Shown here piece by piece: positions 24,281-36,111 of a stretch of 64,000 nucleotides of DNA (positions are counted from its first letter, which is position 1; the number at the start of each line of letters is the position of its first letter). The translations under genes and the position numbers were made by a program. Origin of the DNA: Chiloscyllium plagiosum (taxonomy: Eukaryota); contig NC_057719.1 of assembly GCF_004010195.1 (NCBI RefSeq), positions 9,002,333 to 9,066,332 of the forward strand. The letters run 5' to 3'. The notes under the pieces were generated by a model. That model was not told the origin of the DNA and did not search any database. It saw only the letters and a program-made list of their open reading frames with translations.

Positions 24281-25824
24281 TTAAACCTGTGGTGATTTGC
24301 AATCCCTCCTCCATCCACCCAAGTTCCGACTGTCCCTGATTGAACTCTTAATGAATGACAAACATGGGTCTTAGCTAGAAACTCTGGAGCCCACTGCTCC
24401 ACAGAGATGCTTACCATCCATTCTGGGGGAGGGTCTCTTTACGTCCATTGGTCAAACTCCCACCTGTTCTGGGGAGAAAAGCAGTGGGAAATCATGATGC
24501 AGTTTAGAACCTGCCACTGGTTCCTGGGAGGTGTTGGGTCCTTCCTCCGCCCACCTCTCACATTTATAGCAATGGAGAAACAGTTGACTATTCAGCCCCT
24601 CAGACCTGTTCTGCCATTCAATTAGATTGTGGCTGATTTCTATTCACCCTCTGTATCGTAGCCTATTGCAAATCAATGGTGGAGATGGAGGGCAGTCTCC
24701 AACCGGGGGACACAATCTCAGATTGCACTGATTCAAGAAGGCAGCTCACCAATTCATTCCTATGGATGGATAATAAATGCTGGCCCAGCCAGCGGCACCC
24801 ATGTCCTGTGAATGAATTTAAAACGAATCAAAGGCACGCCATTTCGCACAGAGCAAGGAGGAGATAATCCACTCAGAGTATAGTGAATCTTTGGAATTCT
24901 ATAAGCCAAAGGGGCTTGGAGGTTCAGTTACTGAGTGTGATAGAGATTGATAAATTTTGAGATACCAACAAAACCAGGGATGGTGGTAAAATGGTGTTGA
25001 GGTAGGTGATGTAATGACAGAATGGGCTGGATGGGTTGAATAACCTACTCCTGTTCCTAGATTTCTGAGTCATCTTTGAGATGAAACAATGTTGTCCCTT
25101 TGTCTTCATTTTATAAACTGACAAGTTCTGTTATACCGACTGCCTTTCATGGCCCAGGAACATTTCCCTTTTAAGAGACTCTCACGGTGGGCCACAGTTC
25201 GTCACTCTGTCAGGTTCTAATTTGAATTGAGGCAGCCTGAGGTCAGATTTTGTTCTCGCTCCCGACGGAAGTGTAACTCATGTTACTTCATCTTATAATC
25301 ATGACCTTTTAGTTCGCCATCCCGGCTTCAGTTTCCAGTATCATTAATTCTTTCCATAATTTTGAGTATTCAAAATTCACACCTGCTGCCCCCCATCACT
25401 CAATCTTTTCTTCCTAATGAGAACAAATTGAACTTTTTGACCCTTCACTCGTGAACCAATGATCTCCAATTGGAAATTTACTTGCCCCTTGTCTGTTCTT
25501 TGCACAGCAACTCGATTTTCTGTAGTGTTTGTGAATTTAGCTTGAAGTAATACTTCAGGTGTAACAGGACTAATGTCCCATGGAGCATCAGTATTACACT
25601 GTTGGCATAACTAATGAGTCAAGGCCATTGTACATAACAATGATACCCAGGGCTACGAGATTGAGAGTCCTGTTAAATTTCAAGTCCAATGGAGAGATTT
25701 GCAAACGACGATCCTATCGACCTGCACTGAAGGGAAATATTGTTGTCTTAAGTGCTCACAATGTGCTTAGGAGAGTGCTTTGCTTTGTCCCATACCTTTA
25801 GAGCTTTATAATCAATTTGTATCA

Positions 25825-26125
25825 ACAAGGTTAATAGTCAAGGTCTTTTCTCCAGGGTAGGGGAGGTCATAGGTTTAAGTGAGATGGGCATGATTTAAAA
25901 GGGACCCGAGGGGCAGCTTTTTCACACAGAGGGTGGTGCGTGTATGCAATGAGGCTGCCAGAGGAGGTTGTAGGGACGGGTACAGTTACAATATTGAAAA
26001 GTCATTTCGACAGGTACAGGGACAGGAAAGGTTTAGAGGGATATGGGCTGAGCGCAAGCAAATGGGACTCGTTCAGTTCAGGAAACCGAGTTGGCATGGA
26101 TGAGTTGGGCCGAAGGGTCTGATTC
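25825..26125 (+). mobile_element. HER1/CR1 3' fragment
   Basis: LPEEVVGTGTVTILKSHFDRYRDRKGLEGYG; tail truncated. Confidence 0.85.
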
Positions 26126-26129
26126 ATAT

Positions 26130-26325
26130 CGGGTCATTCCATATACGTGCCATCCACCGAGTGAGAAAGTTACCTCTCAGGTTTCTACGATATGTTTCCC
26201 TCTCACTTTAAACCTGTGCCCTCTCGTTTTGGACTTTTCACCCCTCGGAAAAAGATCTTGGCTATTCACCTTATCTACACCGCCCTCATGATTATGTAAA
26301 CCTCTGTAAGGTCACCCCTCAGCCT
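26130..26325 (-). mobile_element. HER1/CR1 fragment in opposite orientation
   Basis: Reverse ORF2-end sequence (aaacctgtgccctctcg, gtcacccctcagcct). Confidence 0.8.
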
Positions 26326-27089
26326 ACTCGATGGGTCAAATGGCTGAATTCTACTCCTGTATCTGATGGTCTTATACAGTCTGTTGGGGAGGTCCACGGA
26401 AGCAAGCCATGAGATTTCCGGAAGCAGCCAAGATAAAAAATACGATCAGACTTGCCCCTGCCTCCTGCCAGCCCATGCCATTGTTCAGAGCTGTACCTGG
26501 TCACAGCCAGTGGAGAAAACCTACAGCATTTCCCTGGGTGCTTACAGGTCTGGCAGGGCAGATAGATTCCCTGTGCTGCCGCTCCAGCCACCTCGTAACA
26601 CAATCTCTCCCCTTATATAAAAAAAACACCATGACAGGAAATGATCAGCTCATGTTGTTCCTACTCACTTTCAGATGGCTATCAGCTTACCAGCCAAAAA
26701 GGACCCTGTCTCACTGCCCTCCGTAGACAGGACATGTCAACACTCCCCAGTCGGGTGAAGATAGATTTGCATTCTCATCTGCCTCCCACACACTCTGACA
26801 ACCCAAAGCGAATCATAGAATCACACAGTACACAACAGGCCCTTCAGCCCATTGGGTCTGCACCAACAAAAATGACCCTAAATATACACTAGTTCCACTT
26901 TCCTGCGCTAAGCCCACATCTCTTTAATGTTATGGTATTTCCAGTGCTCGTTCACGTACATTTTAAAGTTTGTGAGGCTTGCTACCTCAACGACTAGACC
27001 TCCCAGTCACCCTCCCCCTTTCCAACATGGCCATCCTAGGCCTCCTCCATTGCAACAACGACCCAAACCACAAATTGGAGGAACAACAC

Positions 27090-27433
27090 CATGGACAGGA
27101 TAAATAGACAAAATCTTTTCCCTGGGGTGGGGTAGTCCAGAACTAGAGGATATAGGTTTAGGGTGAGAGGGGAAAAGATATAAAAGAGACCTAAGGGGCA
27201 ACTTTTTCACACAGAGGGTGGTGAGTGTATGGAATGAACTGTCTGAGGAAGTGGTGGAGGCTGGTACAATTACAACATTTAAAAGGCATCTGGATGAGTA
27301 TATGAATAGGAAGGGTTTGGAGGGATACGGGCTGGATGCTGGCAGGTGGGACTAGATTGGGTTGGGATATCTGGTCGGCATGGACGGGTTGGACCAAAGG
27401 GTCTGTTTCTGTGCTGGACATCTCTATGACTCT
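27090..27433 (+). mobile_element. HER1 LINE 3' end
   Basis: Near-consensus tail, with TSD acaacac (27083-27089, 27434-27440). Confidence 0.93.
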
Positions 27434-27697
27434 ACAACACGTCATCTTCCACCTGGGCAGTCTACAGCCCGGAGGACTCAACATTGAATTCTCCAATTTC
27501 AAGTAACTTCCCTTCCCATCCCCCGACTCCCTTCCCAGTCCCTCCCCCCTCCCTTCCACTGCTCCCTGCCACCAACTGAATTCATTCTTCCCATTGATCA
27601 ACCAGGTTGTATCCACTGCCTGTCTTTACCTATCCCCTCTTCACCACCCTGCCCTCGCCACCCCCTTTATCTGCAGCTTCCCCTACACCCATAACCA

Positions 27698-27730
27698 GAC
27701 CTGAAGAAGGGTTACACCTGAAACGTTGAC
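27698..27730 (+). ncRNA. Minimal hammerhead ribozyme motif
   Basis: gac-CUGAAGA-agggu-uac-accu-GAAA-cguu-gac, with an ACGU palindromic stem III. Confidence 0.55.
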
Positions 27731-28149
27731 TTCTCCATCTCCTGATGCTTCCTGTCTTGCTGTATTCTTCTAGCCTCCTGCCGGTCTCTTTGGGATTCCA
27801 GTATCTGCAGTTTTTGTGTCTTAACTACCTTCCCAGGCAGTGCACTTCAGACCCTCACCATCCTCTTAGCGAAAAGGATTTTCCTCAAATCTCCTCCAAA
27901 CCTGCTGCCTTTCACTTTAGAATTATGCCCCCTTATTATCGACCCTTCAACAAAGAGGAACAGGTGCATTCTATCCACCCTGTCCATGCCCCTCACAATC
28001 GTACACACCTCAGTCAGGTCCCTTTCTCAGCCTTCCCTGCTCTAAAGAAAAGAACTTATCCAGCCTCTCTTCATAGAAAAAGTGCTCCATCCCAGACAAC
28101 ATCCTGGTGAATCTCCTCTGCACACTAAGAGGAGCTGATAGCTGAGGGG

Positions 28150-28455
28150 TATTATCACTGGACAATTAAACTGGGGACCCAGGCAATGTTCTGGGGACCT
28201 GGGTTTGAGTCTCTGCCATGGCAGGTAACTGCATCTGAATTCAATAAAAATCTGGAATTAAAAGTCTAATGATGACCCCGAAACCATTGCTGATTGTTCA
28301 GGGAATAACCTATCTGGTTCACTAATGCCCTTGAGGGAGAGAAACTACCATCCTTACCTAGTCTGGCCTATATGTGACTTCAGACCCTCAGCCTCTCAAC
28401 TGCCTTCTGGATTATGAGGAATGGGCTGTCCTCGCCCAGTGAGGCCCACATCCTG
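28150..28455 (+). mobile_element. SINE family B (tRNA head, LINE-B-like tail)
   Basis: tcactggac...ggggacctgggttt...ctggttcactaatg...ctggcctatatgtgact...cccacatcc. Confidence 0.8.
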
Positions 28456-28519
28456 GTCAATCACATCCTTTCTATAGTGCGGTCACCAGAACTCCAGCTG
28501 TGAAGCCAAATTAATAGCT

Positions 28520-28830
28520 TTTTTTGCACTGTCATGTTGTGTAGGAAATACAGTAACTCACATGCAGCAAGCTCCCACCAACACCAACGAGGTCAATAAA
28601 TGGTTTACTTCAGTGATCTTTGATGAGAGATTATGTTGACTGGCACATAAGAGAAAACTCATACCTCTACCTCAAAGTTATCTTTGTATGATCGACCTGG
28701 GATGACATTCTGGGTTTCTGTTTAATGTCTTGTCTAAATTATGACAGTGCGAACAGTATTTGGCTGGAGTGTCAGGAGAGACTCTCTCAGGTTCGAGACT
28801 AGAGATTGACCCATATCACCATAGGAGGTA
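28520..28830 (-). mobile_element. DeuSINE-like remnant
   Basis: gtaggaaa...cagcaagctcccac...tttaatgtcttgtctaaa...gacagtg pattern, highly decayed. Confidence 0.4.
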
Positions 28831-29226
28831 CCTACACTGAATCTCAGGGCATTGTTCCCCATTGTACACAACAGCCATAAGCATCACTTTATTGTGAATT
28901 TTCTGAATGTCAGTGGTGACTTAGTCTCAACCAGTTTTAGCTGCAGAATGGATTTACAATTATGCACGCCCCTTCCCCATCCTACTACAGATCCATCGGA
29001 ATTATAATGCGACACATTATTCAAAACTTGTTGCTTGTAAAGAGTGCTTTATGAATGATGTAAATAAAACGTGTTTTACAATGGTGCAGTTCAATTAGGT
29101 CCTCAAACAACCACTGTTGCTACCACGTTATATGAGATTGACTCCTGATTGCTGTTTAGCATCCTTTAAAGTTTGGGATTTCCAAGGCCTGCTTTCTCCA
29201 GCATTGCTTGGGGAAATCTCTGGGGT

Positions 29227-29387
29227 AAAGTGAGGTCTGCAAATGCTGGAGAGTCAGAGTCAAAAAATGTGGGGTTGGAAGAGCACAGCAGGTCAGGCAG
29301 CATCCGAGGACTGGGAGAGTCAATGTTTTGGGTGTAAGTCCTTCATCACGAATGTCTGTGCTCTTCCAGTGCCACACTTTTCGACTC
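29227..29387. mobile_element. Fold-back PLE pLTR-derived element (family 1)
   Basis: Minus pLTR plus a short inverted arm. TSD gaaatctctggggt / gaaagctctggggt (29213-29226, 29388-29401). Confidence 0.8.
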
Positions 29388-29489
29388 GAAAGCTCTGGGG
29401 TGTCCAATGCAAAGAGACCCCTGTCTCAAACAAAGATGCATGATAGCAGCTGGGTGGAATTTGGCTTAGTCTGATATATGATGTGTGTA

Positions 29490-29795
29490 GTGGAAATGTA
29501 GTAACTCAGTTAATCCCCAGGTGAACATTCTGAAGACCTGGTTCAAATCCCACTACAGCAAGTATTTAAATTCAACTAACTTTGAATATTGTAAAAATCT
29601 ATCTTGCCCTTTAGCAAAGGAAATCCACCATTAATACCTGGTTTGGCCTACATGCAACTTCAGGCCTACAGCAATGTGATCAAACCCTAACTGTTCTCCC
29701 AAAAGGCCTCTCCAAATGCACCGTGGAAGGGCAATTAGGGATGGGTAACACTTGCTGGCCTGGACAGTCACACCCACATCCCGTGAAAGAATAGC
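29490..29795 (+). mobile_element. SINE family B
   Basis: Same head and body as 28150; tail aagggcaattagggatggg...cccacatcccgtgaaagaat. Confidence 0.75.
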
Positions 29796-30074
29796 AAAAG
29801 AATTCTATCTTTCTGACATCATCAATGCGCCTATTCTTTATGAAACAGGTAGCTCACTTTGCAGAGAGCAACTCTATTCTCAAGACTAATGGTTTACACC
29901 AGACTGTCCATCCCCATCACAACACTCTCATCAGACCCCCTTCACCCACTCCAGCAGTGCCAGTACTCCTATTCTGTTTCACCAATTTTCTAAGATCCAA
30001 TCTGACTGCCTCAAATTTACTTGGTAAAACTGCCCAATTCATTAGAACGATCAAACATCTTCAGACACCTACCT

Positions 30075-30889
30075 GAGTGCCGGTGGTGGAGGGAGTGAAT
30101 ATTTGTGGATGTGGTGCCAATCCAGCAGGCTGTTTTGTCCTGGGTGGTGTCAAGCTTCTTAAGTGTTGTTGAAGCTTCACCCATTGGCATGGTAGGCTGG
30201 CATGGTGGCTTAGTGAAAGCACTGCTGCCTCACAGCGTCAGGGACCCGGGTTCGATTCCAGTCTCGGGCAACTGTCTGTGTGGAGTTTGCGCATTCTCCC
30301 CGTGTCTGCGTGGGTTTCCTCTGGGTGCTTCAGTTTCCTCCCACAGTCCAAAAATGTGCAGGTCAGGTGAATTGACCTTGTCAAATTGCCCATAGCGTTC
30401 AGGCATGTGTAGGTTAGGTGCATTAGTCAGGGTTTAAATGCAGAGGAATGGGTCGAGGTGGGTCACACTTTGGAGGGTCAGTGTGGGCTTGTTGGGCTGA
30501 AGGGCCTGTTTCCACAATGTAGGAATTCTAAAAAAAGTCTCAGCAAGGGGGGAGTATTCCATACCATTCTTGACTTACACCTTGTAGAGGGTGGACAGGC
30601 TTTGGGGAATCAGAAAATGAGTTATTCACTGCAGGATTCCTCGCCTCTGACCTGCTCCTGCAGTCACATGGCTAGTCCAGTTCACTCTGTGCAGTTCAGA
30701 CTGCAGTGTGTCCAGGAGTGTGAAGAAATTAGGGGCAGAGCAGATGACTTTGTGGATGTTAGATACAGCATTCAAAGAAAAAAAATTGTCAAGGTTGGCA
30801 AGGTATTTTCAAAGAAAAGGATAGCAACGTGAAACAGAATGCCAATAGAATAGAAAATGGGGCAGGTTTCAAAAGAGAATTTAAAAACA
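30075..30889. repeat. Left arm of a local inverted duplication (LINE-B piece + old CR1-like piece, with a later HE1 insert)
   Basis: Reverse complement of 31548-32003, apart from the HE1 insert. Confidence 0.9.
30195..30530 (+). mobile_element. HE1 SINE
   Basis: Full copy, absent from the right arm of the duplication. Confidence 0.93.
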
Positions 30890-31547
30890 GGGGCAGATGG
30901 TCAGAGACTTGACAATAGGTCGGGAATTCAAAAGGACGAGGGATTACAAGCGCAAGAGGCAACAGCAAAACAAAAGCACATTTTGAAGGTTGGCAAGATA
31001 TTTTTCTCAATGAAAAGATGTTGAACAGGAAAATGACTGAAGGAAGAAGAAGGGAGACTGTTCCAAAGAGAGGTGAAAACATGCGCTATGAGACCTTCCA
31101 CTCACTTGTTTCCATCTGGAAAAATAGTCAGAGAAAAATAAAAACTGCTTTGACCAGATAGACTCCCAGGGCACACCTTCCTGCATGGGTTTATTGACCA
31201 GTACGTGATGTGGACTCTGGCCGTTGTTGCTGTGCAAATACCAAGGAAAAACTCAATAAAGGAAATGAGAATTGGTACATTGTCAACTGCAGTCACTTTG
31301 TCACCATCTAAAAAATACCAAGAGTGATATGTGCTGTCAGTGAGAGTGACATCGATTACAAACATTGGAAGTTGTAAGTATAAAAATCACAGCTAGTGAT
31401 ATATGCAGATGCTGAAAGCATAATATATATATTTATATTTGGACAGGAGAAAATCATTAATCCGTCAAGCTTCCCCTTCCAAAATTTCCACCTGGTTTCA
31501 CACTGTCATTCTAGATCTGAGTCCTCAACGCTGTTTACAAACAGAAA

Positions 31548-32003
31548 TGTTTTTAAGTTCTCTTTTGAAACCTGCCCCATTTTCTATTCCATTGGCATTC
31601 TGTTCCACGTTGCTATCCCTTTCTTTGAAAATATCTCCCCAACCTTGATAATTTTTGTTCTTCGAATGCTGTACCTAACATCAACAAAGACATCTGCTCT
31701 GCCCCTAATTTCTTTACACGCCTGGACACACTGCAGTCTGAACTGCACAGAGTGAACTGGACTAACCATATAAACGTAGTGACTGCAGGAGCAGGTCAGA
31801 GGCGAGGAATCCTGCAGTGAATAACTCACTTTGTGACTCCCCAAAGCATGATCACCCCCTTCAAGGTGGTATGGAGTACTGTCCCCTTGTTGAGATGGGT
31901 GCACCTCCACTAACACTCCAGAAGCTTGACACCATCCCGGACATAGTAGATGGCTGGATTGGTACCACATCCACAAGCATCCACTCCTTCCACCACCCAC
32001 GCC
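31548..32003. repeat. Right arm of the inverted duplication
   Basis: Both arms translate to SPVHSVQFRLQCVQxCxEIRGRADxFVDVRYSI on opposite strands. Confidence 0.9.
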
Positions 32004-32345
32004 CAAGATGTGTACTATCTACAAGATGCACTGTAGAAATTCACCAAAGATCCTTAGCACATTCCAAACCCATGACCACTTCCATCTAGCAGGAGGAGGG
32101 CAGCAGATACATAGGAACATCGTCACCTTCACATTGTCCTTGAAGCCACTCACTGTCCTAACTGCTGTTCTTTTACTGTCCCTGGTCAAAATCTTGGAAT
32201 TCTCTCTCTCAGGGCATTGTGATCTTTCTATACCAAATGACCTGCAGTGGTTCAAGAAGGCAGCTCACCACCACCTTCTCAAGGGCAACTAGGGGTTGGG
32301 CAGAAAATTCTGGCCCAGATAGCAAAGACCATATCCCCGAATGAA
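31753..32345 (+). mobile_element. LINE family B 3' end
   Basis: Homologous to 12005-12157. Ends ggttcaagaaggcagctcaccaccaccttctcaagggcaactaggg...atccccgaatgaa. Confidence 0.8.
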
Positions 32346-32769
32346 GACAACAAAGTTTCTATGATGTCACCTCTTTGAAAGATGGTCAGGTGTCAGGGTG
32401 GACAAACTGCATAAAATCCTGCCTTTGATGTTCAGGAAACCGGTCTCGTAAGAACAAGGAGCAGGAGTAGGCCACATGGCTTTTTGAGCCTGTTCCACCA
32501 TTCAATAAGATCATGGCTGATCTTGGGTTTCCTCTTATAAACACTATCCTTTGTGCAAATGTAGAGCCAAATATTCAGCAGGGTACTCCAGCTGCAATCT
32601 AAACAAGGCCTGATCCAATTTTATAATTACCCCCTGAAACACCTAGTTAGACACGCGCAACATTAATTCATTTCTGAACCAATTGCAAATACCAGACTAA
32701 CCGTATAAATAGGCTGTCCAACCAAACTAAGAGATCACTTGCATCTGCCAGAATATTGCTGGTTATCAA

Positions 32770-32915
32770 CAGTATTACATGCTGAGAAAGAGATAAATAT
32801 TTGTTCCAACACTAGGGTTAACACCCCTGCCTGTCTAGTGACATGGTCCCTTTACATAAATCCGAGCACGCTGATACGACCTCAGTCTCATACCACACCT
32901 GAAAGATAGCCACCA
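32770..32915 (-). mobile_element. DeuSINE-like remnant
   Basis: Reverse complement gtaaagggaccatgtcacta...gcaggggtgttaaccctagtg..aatatttatc resembles the Deu core. Confidence 0.55.
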
Positions 32916-33089
32916 CACTGGTTCATAGTCTACAGGACACAGCATAGAACATGGAATAGTACAGGCCCTTCAGCCCTTGATGCTGTGCTGACCTTTTATC
33001 CTACTCTAAGATCAAACTAACCTATATACCCTACATCGTACTATCATCCATGTGCTTATCCAAGAGTCGCTTAAAGTCCCTAATGTCCA

Positions 33090-33505
33090 CAGCAGTGGTA
33101 CTACCTCCCAGAATATGCCAGAGACATGGAAAATGTACAGCAAACACCTCAATCCTCTCGAGAAATTATCAGCAACAATCTCCCTCTTTAAAACTTTCAA
33201 ATCCACAGGTAGGATAGACATTCCTCTCCCAGACTGACATCTCTTAAGCATTGAGGCACTCACCAATGACCTACATTTGGGTTAACCACATTGTCTGCCA
33301 GACACGTGACTTACAGAGAAAGCTCTCACCTCTGAACTTTGTCATGGCAACAGGTTTCCAGGAGGGCAATTGGAACATTTCAAGGACATCCTCAAAGCTT
33401 CCCTGAAAAAAATGCAATATGCCCAACCCCCTCCCATGCATATATCTCTAACACAAACTGGAGAGGCAATATCCGTGAAGGTGCCAATGATTTGGGGTAT
33501 CTTAG
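33090..33505 (+). mobile_element. RTE-clade LINE 3' remnant (appears to resume at about 36226-36290)
   Basis: HGNRFPGGQLEHFKDILKASLKK matches the RTE motif GxRxxGGQxKRYKDxLKxSLK. Confidence 0.65.
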
Positions 33506-33570
33506 AGAAGATTTGTAGCTCAGCTTGTGGATCTGGTTGTAAGTTTGCTCGCTGAGCTGGTAGGTTTTCT

Positions 33571-33612
33571 CTCAGATGTTTCGTCACCATGCTGGGTAAC
33601 ATCATCAGTGAG
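33571..33612 (-). ncRNA. Minimal hammerhead ribozyme in the 3' pLTR
   Basis: cuca-CUGAUGA-u-guuacc-cagcau-ggugac-GAAA-ca-UC-ugag: 4-bp stem I, 6-bp stem II, intact catalytic core. Confidence 0.8.
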
Positions 33613-33696
33613 CCTCCGGTAAAGCAATGGTGTTCTGTCCCACTTGCTATTTATCTGTCTTGGTCTGTTGTGATGGGTGATATCACTTCTGGTTCT

Positions 33697-36005
33697 TTAT
33701 CTGAGGGGTTGGTAAATGGAGTCCAAATCCATATGTTTGTGAATGGAGTTCCGGTTTGAATGCCAGGCCTCTAGGAATTTCCATGCGTGTTTTCGTTTAG
33801 CGTGTCCCAGGATGGATGTATTGTCCCATTCGAACTGGTGCCCCCCTTCCTCTGTGTGTATGGATACTGGTGATAGTTGGTCATGTCTTTTGGTGGCTAG
33901 TTGGTGCTCATGTATCCTGGTGGCTAGTTTGATGCCCGTCTGTATAATGCAAAGTTTGTTGCAGTCCTTGCAGGGTATTTTGTATATGAGGTTTGTTCTG
34001 CTGGTTGTTGGTATGGGGTCCTTAAAATTCATCAGGGGCTGTTACAGTGTGGTGATAGGTTTGTGGGATACCATGGTGCCTAGGGGCTGGAGTAGTCTGG
34101 TCATCCTCTCCGAGATGCCTTTAATATATGGCAGGGTGGCTAGAGTCTCTGGACAGGTTGTGTCTTCTTGTTTAGGTCTGTATTGTAGGAATTGGTGAAC
34201 TGCGCTTATCGGGTACCCATTGTTCCTGAATGTGTTGTACAGGTGTTACAACTTGGCGTCTCTTAGTTCCTGGGTGCTGCAGTGCATTGTGGCTTGTTTA
34301 AATAGTGTCTGGATGCAGCTCTATTTGTGGGTGTTGGGATAATTGCTCCTGTAGTTGAGTATCTGGTCAGTGTGTGGGGCTTTCCTGTAAAGGCTGGTCT
34401 GTAGCTCTCCATTGGCTTTGCGTTCTACCGTGATGTCTAGGAAGAGGAGTCTGTTGTTGTTCTCTTCCACTTTGGTGAACTTCATATCAGTAAGGATATT
34501 GTTTATGTGTTTGTAGGTTTCTTCTAATTTGTTGCATTTCATGATGACAAAAGTGTCATCCACATAGTGGACCCAAAGCTTATGCTGGACGGTAGGAAGG
34601 GCTGTTCCTTCTAACCACGGCATAACTGTTTCTGCTGAGAATCCTGATATTGGTGATCTCATAGGTGTCTCATTGATTTGTTTGTAAGTCTTGTCATTGA
34701 AGGTGAAATGGGTTGTGAGGCACAGGCCTACAGGTTTGAGGATGCTGTCCTCGCTGATGGAGTTGGCACGGTCAGGTGTTTGTATGCTTGGTTCGTCTAG
34801 CAGTGAGGCCAGTGTTCCTTTGGGGAGGGTGATGCTTATGATGTGAATGGGGCTGTCACATCGAAGGAAACCATGACCCCGTCATCCTCTACCTTGGTGT
34901 CTTTGATGATGTTAAGGAATTCCTGGGTGGAGTGGATGGAGTGGCTTGAGTCTTCTACTGGATGTTTCAGTTTGTGTGCCAGTTCCTTTGCTAGTCTGTA
35001 TGTCGGTGTACTGGGAAATGAGACTATGGGTCTGAGGGGGCCCCCTTGTCTATGTACCTTTGGTAAACCATAAAAACGGTGTGTGTTGGATCCTTCAGGT
35101 TTCATTCTTTGGGAGTCTGTCTTGTTAATTTCACCTGTCTTGTGAAGTTTCCTCAGGGATGCTGCAATATGGTTTTCTAGCTGTGGAATCAGGTTCATCG
35201 CCACCTGTTGGCTAGTATTGGTATCTGTGAGTATTGTGCTTGCTTTTTCAATGTATTGTGTTCTGTTCAGGATAACAATCATGTGTCCTATCTCTGCTGG
35301 TAGGATTATAATATTTCTGTCTTTTCTGAGTCCTTCCAGGGCTTGCCTCTCCAGTGTATTGAGGGTGTTCCCTTCTTTCTTTCTGCTTAGTGTTGGTGCT
35401 ACTGTCTGTCCGATGGCCAGCTGGATTTCTTCCATACATCCGTTGTCTTTCAGGGTAGATTCCAATGCTGCTATGAAATCCTTTTTGTCCCTGTGGTTGA
35501 AGTTCACCGCTTGTAGTAGGACGGCTTTATCCGTGTCTGTGAATGGCTGGTCCGACAGGTTCTTTATCCAAGTCTCTGAATTGTCTGTGTTATTGCTATG
35601 TGTAAGCTTGGCCAGTTTTCCTTGAAGGGCTAGTCTTTTCTTTGTCATGGTCCGCTGTTGTTTAGTATTGATGGCTCGTTCTAGCGTACTTGTCCATTCA
35701 TGGTCAGTCACGTAAGTGTGCAGAGTCCTTTGGCGTGAAATTTCTCGTTCGTATTTGTGGAGTCTTTGTGGGCATCATTTACGCATTTCTCGCAGCAACT
35801 TGTGGTCGTTCTGTTCTGCTGTTCTTCTAGCTTGTGGCGCGTTGAGAAATGGTTTGTATTTGACCCATCTTGGTAATACCTGTTTCCTGAGGCATTCGTG
35901 TAGGAAGTACAGTTGTTGGCGGGTGGCGCTCGGTCGGACGGCGTTGGTTTCCCATCTTTGGGCTAATTTGAGGGTATTGTGCCTACAGGTGTTCGCAGTT
36001 TTGGA
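33697..36005 (-). pseudogene. PLE polyprotein (reverse transcriptase + GIY-YIG endonuclease), disrupted by stops and frameshifts
   Basis: FYGLPKVH..PLRPIVS, VSFDVTAPFTS, SPIS and YVDDTF (RT); NLIYKIPCKDC..QTG.KL.TRIHEH and FLEAWHS (GIY-YIG). Confidence 0.92.
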
Positions 36006-36069
36006 GATGATTTGTAGTTCAGGTTGTGGACCAGGTTGTAAGTTTGCTCACTGAGCTGGTAGATTTGTT

Positions 36070-36111
36070 CTCAGACATTTCGTCATCATATTAGATTACA
36101 TCATCAGTGAG
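36070..36111 (-). ncRNA. Minimal hammerhead ribozyme in the 5' pLTR
   Basis: cuca-CUGAUGA-u-guaauc-uaauau-gaugac-GAAA-ug-UC-ugag, with a GUC cleavage triplet. Confidence 0.78.

Larger units (their letters stand above)
27000..27823 (+). mobile_element. Neptune-type Penelope-like element 3' end (GIY-YIG C-terminus + pLTR), interrupted by HER1
   Basis: Joined halves translate to ILGLLHC..KLEEQHVIFHLGSLQPGGLNIEFSNF*, followed by a pyrimidine-rich UTR and a hammerhead core. Confidence 0.8.
26810..28125 (-). mobile_element. CR1 3' fragment split by a PLE insertion
   Basis: Tail at 26810-26995, resuming at actaccttcccaggcag (about 27825). Confidence 0.7.

Noticed and set aside
25825..26325. Inverted HER1 pair as a single twin-primed insertion
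   Set aside because: The two pieces overlap the same consensus region and differ in sequence, so two independent insertions are more likely.
26400..26690. TATA-like cttatataaaa with nearby ETS/GATA motifs as a promoter
   Set aside because: Such short motifs are expected by chance; there is no CpG island or downstream gene.
30685..30889. Shared peptide VQFRLQCVQ..GRAD.FVDVRY as a duplicated host exon
   Set aside because: The left copy has an extra stop, no splice sites are supported, and the end (FSKKGIATWNRMP, ttcaaaagagaa) resembles an old CR1 terminus.
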